DNA of 64,000 nt from Candidatus Marinacidobacterales bacterium (GTDB lineage Bacteria; Acidobacteriota; Vicinamibacteria; Marinacidobacterales; SMYC01): positions 1,450,175 through 1,514,174 of the forward strand of contig CBDFNJ010000001.1 in the NCBI GenBank assembly GCA_965250115.1, read 5' to 3'. Within the stretch, counting starts at the first letter, position 1. Each line of letters opens with the position of its first letter. Shown here in pieces: positions 57,565-64,000 of this stretch. A program made the position numbers and the translations under genes. A model generated the notes under the pieces. The model was given only the letters and a program-made list of their open reading frames with translations, ran no database searches and was not told where the DNA came from.

Positions 57565-58464
57565 TTACTCCCCGCTGATTTTCGTTGCCGCCATTTCCTC
57601 GATGAAGTTCACGATTCCGGAATGGTCCTGGTCACCTTTACCGTTGTTCACGAGCGCGCCTATCATCTGCTGCACGAGCGACGTCACGGGAAGCGGCACA
57701 CCGAGCTCTTTCCCGGTGAGGAGCGCGTTGTTCAGATCCTTCTGGTGCAGCCGAATGCGGAACCCCGGCGCGAAATTGCCCTCGATCATCATCGGAGCCT
57801 TGGCGTTCAGCACGTTGCTTCCCGCGAGCCCACCTCGAATCGCCTCGAAGACGACGCTCGGATCGAGTCCAGCCTTTCGGGCGAGCACCAGGGCTTCGCC
57901 AACCGCCTCGATGTTCGCGGCCACGATGATCTGATTCGCGAGCTTCGTCGTATTCCCCGCGCCATAGCCACCGCAGAGCACGTGGCTTTTTCCGACAACG
58001 CGAAAAATGGGCTCCGCACGCGCGAAAACGTCCGCCTTGCCCCCGACCATGATGGCGAGCTGCCCCGCGATCGCTCCGGGCTCACCGCCGCTCACGGGCG
58101 CATCGAGAAAGTCGACTCCCTTTTCTTCGCAAGCCTGCGCGATCTTCTGGGACATAGCAGGTGCGATCGAGCTCATGTCGATGACAACGGCTCCCCGTCC
58201 AGCGCCCTCGAGCACGCCTTGCTCGCCCAGGATGACCTCCTCGGAGTCGAGCGAGTCGGGAAGCATCGTGACGATGGCATCGACCCCTTCGGAGCAGCCT
58301 CGGGCGGAGTCCGCTGCCGTAGCTCCATCGGAGACGAGCTCGTCGACGGGTGGCCTGAAGCGATCGCGGACCGTCACCGCGAAACCCGCCTTGAGGAGGT
58401 TCTTCGCCATCGGCTTGCCCATGATCCCGAGCCCCACAAATCCGACGTTCTTGATTGCAACCAC
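57565..58464 (-). CDS. NAD(P)-dependent 3-hydroxyisobutyrate/2-hydroxy-3-oxopropionate reductase family dehydrogenase
   Basis: A GFVGLGIMGKPMAKNL Rossmann motif, then the catalytic region typical of GarR/MmsB. Confidence 0.8.
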   Translation of the reverse strand: MVAIKNVGFVGLGIMGKPMAKNLLKAGFAVTVRDRFRPPVDELVSDGATAADSARGCSEGVDAIVTMLPDSLDSEEVILGEQGVLEGAGRGAVVIDMSSIAPAMSQKIAQACEEKGVDFLDAPVSGGEPGAIAGQLAIMVGGKADVFARAEPIFRVVGKSHVLCGGYGAGNTTKLANQIIVAANIEAVGEALVLARKAGLDPSVVFEAIRGGLAGSNVLNAKAPMMIEGNFAPGFRIRLHQKDLNNALLTGKELGVPLPVTSLVQQMIGALVNNGKGDQDHSGIVNFIEEMAATKISGE

Positions 58465-58656
58465 GCTTCACTCTCCTTTCGGTTGACGAAAACCCCGTTG
58501 ATTATAGTTCCGCCGCCCAAGAACGCCACCTCGCCACACGCGGACGTTGCGCTCGACGTGGCCGGCCGTGCCGCCAAGTGCAATCGTCAGGAGTTTCTAG
58601 CGTTGTGTTGGCGTCGGCAATTTCGTATGCTCCATCAACCCAACAGGAGAGGAACT

Positions 58657-60595
58657 GTGAGGAAAAACGTATTCGGAATCGCGACCAGTCTTGCCATTGT
58701 GGCCCTGGCGAACGCTGTCGTGGCGGCGCAGGACGTCCGCCCTCGGAAAGAAGATCAGCGCGAGGCGCAGAAGATCTACTCACCTTATGTCGTGCGGACC
58801 GCGACTGACGCGAACTTCGCCGAGGGTGTCTACTGGGGCGATACACACCTTTTATTCCACCGATTCCGGCATGCTCGGCAACACCCTCGGCCCCGAGGAG
58901 GCCTACCGCTTCGCTAGGGGCGAGGAAGTCCTGTCGGCCGCGGGACTCCGAGCCCGTCTGATCCGCCCCCTAGACTTCCTCGTAGTGTCAGACCATGCCG
59001 AGAACCTGGGCCTCGCTCCGATGATCGCAGAGTCCAACTCCGAGCTGCTCAAGAACGAGTGGGGCCGGATGATCCACGACATGGTGAAGGCCGGCGACGG
59101 GCGCGGTGCGTTCCAGAAGTGGCTCGTGGATGCGGTTATCCCAGGTGAAGACCCGATCGACAATCCGAGGATGACACGCACGGTTTGGGAGCGCGAGATC
59201 GCCTTCGCGGAGCAGTACAACGAGCCCGGACGATTCACTGCTCTGATCGGGTTCGAATGGACATCGATTGCCACGACACAAACTCCGGGCAATCTGCACC
59301 GTGTCGTCATCTTCAAAGACGGCGGCGACAAGGCGGGGCAGGTCCTTCCCTTCAGCGCGGCGGACTCGGCCGATCCGGAAGATCTGTGGGACTACCTGGA
59401 CGCCTACGAGGAGAACACCGGCGGAAGCGTTCTCGCCATCGCCCACAACGGCAATGTCTCCAACGGGCAGATGTTCCCACTCGAGCGGCTGAATGGCCAA
59501 CCGATCGACCGTGCCTACGCCGAGACCCGCATGCGTTGGGAACCGCGGTACGAGGTCACCCAGATGAAAGGCGACGGCGAGGCGCATCCCTTCCTGTCTC
59601 CCAACGACGAGTTCGCCGATTACGGCACATGGGACAAGGGCGACATCGCTGGTCTCAAGCCCAAAGAGGACTGGATGCTTCAGTATGAATACGCGCGCAC
59701 CGCCTTGCAGGTGGGTCTCCAACAGGAGCAGCTCCTCGGCTTCAACCCGTACAAATTCGGCATGATCGGGAGCACCGACGCGCACACCTCGCTGGCCACC
59801 ACCCGGGACGAGAACACCTGGAGCAAGACCCCGACCATGGAGCCGTCTCCCGATCGCTGGGAGCACGTCGTGATCGCGTCCAGCTCCGGCGACGAGTCGC
59901 TGACGACCTATTCGTACGAGACGCTCGCTTCAGGGCTCGCAGGGGTCTGGGCCCGCGAGAACACGCGTGAAGCGCTCTTCGAAGCGATGCAGAAGAAGGA
60001 AACCTACGCTACTACCGGTACGCGCATCACGGTGCGTTTCTTCGGCGGTTGGAACTATGGGGACGACGACGTCTACCGGCCGGACGCGGTCGCCATCGGC
60101 TACAGCAAAGGCGTGCCGATGGGCGGTGACCTGCCCAAGCGTACAAGAGAGACAGACGGCCCCACCTTTCTGGTAGGCGCGTTGAAGGACCCGTGGTCCG
60201 GCAATCTCGACCGCATTCAGATCATCAAGGGCTGGATGGATGAAAAGGGGGAACGCCACGAGAAGGTCTATGACGTGGCTGTTTTCGATGGACGCAGCAT
60301 CGGTCCTGACGGCCGCTGCAAAACGCCGGTTGGCAACACGGTTGATGAGGCTAATGCGACGTACTTGAACAGTATCGGAGATGCTGAGTTGCGTGCGGTT
60401 TGGACGGATCCGGATTTCGATCCGAATCGCCGCGCCGTGTATTACGCTCGTGTGCTCGAGATCCCGACGCCGACTTGGCAGGCCTATGACGCCAAGTTTT
60501 TCGGGATAACGATGCCCGAAGCTGTGCTGCTGAGCCATCAGGAACGCGCCTATACCTCGCCAATTTGGTTTACGCCGCAGCAATCTAGCCAATAA
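58657..60595 (+). CDS. DUF3604-family secreted protein, with apparent 1-nt insertion in a T4 run near 58850
   Basis: The signal peptide (RKNVFGIATSLAIVALANAVVAAQ) and YWGDTHL are in frame 1, and the rest (TDSGMLGN... to ...QERAYTSPIWFTPQQ) is in frame 2. RBS AGGAGAGG 58646-58653. Confidence 0.6.
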
Positions 60596-60614
60596 AGAAG
60601 GAGATTCCCGCAAT

Positions 60615-62060
60615 ATGAGCAAACTAGCCCAACCATTCCCCGCGCTCCTGATTGCTGCAATTCTGGCGTGTCTGATGGGGTCGGCAACGGCCCAGGAAAA
60701 GCCCAACATCGTCCTGGTCTTCATGGACAACTTCGGTTGGGGGGAGCCCGGTTTCAATGGTGGTGGAATCGTCCGGGGCGCGGCCACGCCGCGGCTCGAC
60801 GAGTTGGCTTCCGAGGGTCTTCGTCTCACGAACTTCAACGTCGAAGCGCAATGCACGCCCTCTCGCTCAGCAATGTTGACCGGCCGCTATGCGATCCGCA
60901 GTGGTAATGGGACTGCCCCCCTTGGCGGCGGTGTGTATGGCCTCGTTCAGTGGGAAGTCACCATGGCCGAGATGCTTTCGGATGCCGGCTACAGCACCGG
61001 GATGTTCGGGAAGTGGCACCTGGGCCGCACGGACGGCAGGTTCCCGACCGACCAGGACTTCGAAGAATGGTACGGAATCCAGAACTCCACGGACGAATCG
61101 GCCTATTCCCAACTACAAGGCTTCTCGGAAAGCGGAGTGGAAGAAACGTTCGTCTTGGAGGCACGGAAAGGTGAACAGCCGAGGAAGGTGCGGCCGTGGA
61201 ACTTGGAGTACCGGCCGCTCATCGATGGCGATCTGACGGAGAAGGCGATCGAATTCATGCAGCGTCAGTCGAAGAGCGAAAAGCCGTTCTTCCTTTATCT
61301 TCCCTACACGGCGACACACTACCCGACGCGCCCGCATCCGGATTTTGTAGGCGCCACGGGTAACGGGACCTGGGCGGACCTCCTGCATCAGATCGACACC
61401 TACAACGGGAGGCTGCTGGATGCGATTGATGAGCTCGGTATCCGCGACAACACCATCTTTATCTTTACTGCCGATAACGGACCCGAGGCGGTGCCCCACG
61501 GAAACGACACTCTCGCAGTCGATACTCCCAGTCCAGGAACTGCCGGTCCCTGGCGCGGCACCCTGTTCACCGGATTCGAAGGCAGCCTGAGGGTTCCCTT
61601 CGTCATCCGGTGGCCGGGCAAGATCCCGACTAGCGCCAGCAACGAAATCGTCCACGAAATGGATCTATTCCCCACCCTCGCTCGAATCGCGGGTGGTAAG
61701 GTGCCCGAGGACCGCGCCATCGACGGGGTAGACCAGAGCGAGTTCTTCTTCGGCAAACAGAAGAAGTCCAACCGTGAGGGCGTTATTGTTTACATGGGGG
61801 ATGAGATTTATGGAGTCAAGTGGCGCAACTGGAAAGTGAACTTCAAGGAGCTGGACACGGTCTTCAGCGAGACGCGGGAGTACGGAATGCCGCGGGTTCA
61901 TAACCTTCTTACCGATCCGCAGGAAAGCATAAACGTTCTCTTCCCCCATACCTGGGTCCCGAAGGCGGCTTTGGGGCAATTGGGAGCGCATGTGGCCTCG
62001 CTGAAGGCACATCCCCCAATCAAGCCCGGAACGCTAGATCCCTACCTGCCGCCCAAGTGA
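60615..62060 (+). CDS. arylsulfatase-family enzyme (formylglycine motif CTPSR), secreted
   Basis: It has the signal peptide, the sulfatase signature CTPSRSAMLTGR, and GKWHLG. Confidence 0.85.
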   Translation: MSKLAQPFPALLIAAILACLMGSATAQEKPNIVLVFMDNFGWGEPGFNGGGIVRGAATPRLDELASEGLRLTNFNVEAQCTPSRSAMLTGRYAIRSGNGTAPLGGGVYGLVQWEVTMAEMLSDAGYSTGMFGKWHLGRTDGRFPTDQDFEEWYGIQNSTDESAYSQLQGFSESGVEETFVLEARKGEQPRKVRPWNLEYRPLIDGDLTEKAIEFMQRQSKSEKPFFLYLPYTATHYPTRPHPDFVGATGNGTWADLLHQIDTYNGRLLDAIDELGIRDNTIFIFTADNGPEAVPHGNDTLAVDTPSPGTAGPWRGTLFTGFEGSLRVPFVIRWPGKIPTSASNEIVHEMDLFPTLARIAGGKVPEDRAIDGVDQSEFFFGKQKKSNREGVIVYMGDEIYGVKWRNWKVNFKELDTVFSETREYGMPRVHNLLTDPQESINVLFPHTWVPKAALGQLGAHVASLKAHPPIKPGTLDPYLPPK

Positions 62061-62068
62061 TGACGGCT

Positions 62069-62121
62069 CAGGAACGCCTCTATACCTCGCCGCCATCGGC
62101 TTGCCCATGATCCCGAGCCCG
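62069..62121 (+). repeat. 53-bp composite repeat: 24 bp resembling the DUF3604 3' end (60538-60561, 2 mismatches) directly joined to 29 bp identical to the garR-like 5' coding region (58405-58433)
   Basis: TCAGGAACGCCTCTATACCTCGCC | GCCATCGGCTTGCCCATGATCCCGAGCCC; both halves were found by eye as direct repeats of upstream sequences. Confidence 0.6.
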
Positions 62122-62128
62122 ACTCCGC

Positions 62129-62611
62129 CTAAGGACGCCACATCGTCTCGATGACGAGCGGCAAGTCGATCGGCTCGTAGCCCCACTTCGGCTTGCCTTT
62201 CCATCCTTCGAGCTCGAGCTCAGCAAGGGGTTTGTCGGGCGGTTTCGCGGGAGAGGGAACTTCGGGTATCACCCAACCGCGTGGGTTTTTGAAGCGGAAC
62301 TTGCCTGTTGCGAGTAGCTCGACTCGATAATCGCCATCGTGAACCAAATGGTGGTGGTAACTACAGAGATTACATAGGTTCGAGAGCTTGGTCACACCTC
62401 CCGCGGCCCAGAACTCGAGGTGGTGCCCCTGCACGAATGTGGACTCGCAGCCGGGCCACACACACGTGGGGTCGCGAGCGTCGAGAGCGCGGCGGATCGC
62501 GGGCGGAATCGTCCGCGTTTTGCGTCCGACGTCCAAGACGTTGCCCTTCTCGTCCTGTTGCATCTCGACGATCGAGGCGTCGCATGCAATCCGTCTCGAC
62601 GTTTCCGCGGA
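62129..62611 (-). pseudogene. HNH endonuclease (DUF222-HNH family) C-terminal part; 5' portion separated by group II intron insertion
   Basis: It has RRIACDASIV...LDVGRKTRTIPPAIRRALDARDPTCVWPGCE...HH...H. Recognisable homology stops exactly at ~62611, and the ORF upstream of that is antisense to intron domain I. Confidence 0.55.
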
Positions 62612-62613
62612 AA

Positions 62614-64000
62614 TTGCGCCAGGCAAAGCTTGGAGAAAGGGGAAGCCATGTAACAGGGCATGTCGGAAACTTTCTAGTGGAACCCAGCAGGTGAGAGTCC
62701 TGCGCCGGGAAAGGCTAGCCACCGCCCGGAACCGAGTGTTGCGTAGCTGGTCGCGAGGCCAGCGACGAAGCGTACACAGGGAGGGTGCAGGCCGCGCGAT
62801 TGAGCCTCGAAAGGAAACAAGGGTTGCGGAGCCGACGTCGTTTTCTGAGCGGAAGGCAGCATCACCCGCGCCGTACTGGCAAGGAGCGAGTGGTCCGCCG
62901 GGGTCGAAGAGCGTGGCATGTACGCAAGGGTTCCCCAGGAACCTGGGAGGTCTCGTACTCTCCATCCGAAGAATGCGGGTTGTGGGCACCGCAGAACAAA
63001 TAGCCCAGGCCCAGCGAGCGTGGCGCCCATGCCCGTTGGGAGCGAACTAAAGAGGCGTCGGGTGGAACCGCCAAAGCGAAGGCAACGAAGCGAGTGGGGG
63101 AGGCGAGAAGTCGGAGCCTGTGCATAGTACCGGAGAAGTGGGGGAACTCACTCCAGAGGACCCCATGGAGGGAAGGCGGCAGGCCAATCTACGGAACTTC
63201 AGGAGGGACAGATGGCGCGGAGTTTGAGCCGCGAGGTCATCTCAACGAAACGAGAGAAGATAGCGAAACTGGCGAGGGAAAAACCGAAACTGGTGCTTAC
63301 CACACTGGCCCACAACATCGACGTGGGCTGGTTACGTGAGGCCTACCGTCGCACCCGCAAAGACGGGGCCGTGGGAGTGGATGGTGTAACGTCGGCGCAA
63401 TACGAAACCAACCTGGAAGAGAACCTGACGAGCTTGCTCGAGAGGTTCAAAACGGGAAAGTATCGAGCGCCGGCGGTACGCCGCGTCCACATTCCCAAAG
63501 AAGGTGCAGGCAATAAGACCCGGCCCATTGGCATACCGACACTGGAGGATAAGGTACTTCAGCGAGCGGTGGTCATGGTCCTGGAATCCGTATACGAGGA
63601 GGACTTCTTGGACTGCTCGTATGGGTTCCGTCCAGGTCGCAGCCAGCACCAGGCAATCGATGCGTTGTGGCGGGGGCTGATGGACAACGGAGGGGGCTGG
63701 GTCATCGACCTAGATATCCAGAGCTTCTTCGACAGTGTCGACCGAGCCCAGCTGAGGAGCTTTCTGGACCAGCGGGTGCGCGACGGTGTGATACGCCGCG
63801 CGATCGGGAAGTGGTTGAAAGCCGGAGTAATGGAAGAAGATGTGGTCTGGTATCCGGAACAAGGAACTCCCCAAGGCGGAGTGGTCAGCCCCCTGCTCTC
63901 TAACATCTTCCTACACGATGTTCTGGACATCTGGTTTCATCAGATGGTCCAACCGCGCATGAAGGGACGCTCGTTTATGGTGCGTTACGCCGATGATGCG
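62614..64000 (+). mobile_element. group II intron (5' part: domains I-III and start of the intron-encoded protein); runs off window
   Basis: The 5' end TTGCGCCAGGCAAAG resembles the GUGCGCCCAGAUAGGGUG consensus. There is ~600 nt of structured GC-rich RNA, then an RT/maturase ORF. The 5' boundary is +/-3 nt. Confidence 0.6.
63212..64000 (+). CDS. group II intron reverse transcriptase/maturase (partial, continues beyond window)
   Basis: The RT domains 0-5 motifs are [30 protein letters not shown] and YADD at the very end. RBS AGGAGGG 63201-63207. Confidence 0.8.
   Translation, partial: MARSLSREVISTKREKIAKLAREKPKLVLTTLAHNIDVGWLREAYRRTRKDGAVGVDGVTSAQYETNLEENLTSLLERFKTGKYRAPAVRRVHIPKEGAGNKTRPIGIPTLEDKVLQRAVVMVLESVYEEDFLDCSYGFRPGRSQHQAIDALWRGLMDNGGGWVIDLDIQSFFDSVDRAQLRSFLDQRVRDGVIRRAIGKWLKAGVMEEDVVWYPEQGTPQGGVVSPLLSNIFLHDVLDIWFHQMVQPRMKGRSFMVRYADDA

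Noticed and set aside
62612-62989. N-terminal 125 aa of the annotated 286-aa HNH ORF
   Set aside because: It has no HNH or DUF222 similarity. It is exactly antisense to group II intron domain I, so it is read-through into the intron.
1-64000. CRISPR arrays, rRNA genes, prophage structural genes
   Set aside because: No direct-repeat/spacer periodicity, rRNA-like conserved blocks, or capsid/terminase/tail ORFs were seen anywhere in the window.

Overview
This is a high-GC (~63-65%) bacterial chromosomal window, probably from a deltaproteobacterial/myxobacterial-like or related soil lineage. The basis for that guess is the presence of an MglA-type GTPase, Ser/Thr kinase, PP2C, PdxR-pdxST, and 2-oxoacid:ferredoxin oxidoreductase. 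Gene content, start to end: (1) A nine-gene Mrp/Mnh-type cation:proton antiporter cluster (14-7008) in an unusual order, with MrpB split into three small ORFs and two large NuoM/N-like subunits. (2) An intradiol dioxygenase, a frameshifted MetE-like gene, a secreted atypical-kinase-like protein, an NTF2-like protein, a methyltransferase and a squalene/phytoene synthase homolog. (3) An internally deleted ISL3 element with intact 24-bp inverted repeats (12153-12812) that truncates a large frameshifted membrane-protein gene. (4) korAB. (5) A GAF/HD-GYP gene inactivated by both an in-frame TAG and an IS3-family insertion (19137-20842); the displaced 3' end of the gene is still recognisable after the IS. 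(6) pdxR-pdxS-pdxT. (7) A ~500-bp noncoding region ending in a good intrinsic terminator. (8) pal with a 33-proline linker. (9) pyrK-pyrD-pyrF. (10) An accessory signalling locus (28206-37864): an orphan PilB/GspE-type ATPase with two unknown ORFs, divergent from a membrane-anchored pseudokinase carrying ~27 tandem 13-aa repeats, a zinc-ribbon protein, an MglA-like small GTPase fused to a ~520-aa GAF/GHKL-like region, and a degenerate PfkB-like protein. This is my best candidate for an undescribed system. (11) A nucleotide-transporter(NTT)-HEAT fusion, a tandem cNMP-binding protein and a secreted metallophosphoesterase-TPR. (12) An IS5-family element next to tRNA-Lys(CTT) and tRNA-Arg(CCG). 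(13) An acyl-CoA dehydrogenase, TetR and SDR. (14) An ECF sigma gene with an in-frame TAG, a frameshifted anti-sigma/TonB_C/VWA-like gene, an 885-aa secreted protein and a small membrane protein. (15) An aminotransferase, a RIO-like kinase + PP2C pair and a GarR-like dehydrogenase. (16) A DUF3604 gene with a T-run frameshift, a sulfatase, a 53-bp composite repeat scar, and an HNH(DUF222) gene interrupted by a group II intron whose RT ORF runs off the window end. At least eight frameshift or nonsense lesions fall almost exclusively in accessory and regulatory genes, while all housekeeping operons are intact. All calls are from reading the sequence and translations by eye. No database searches were run.
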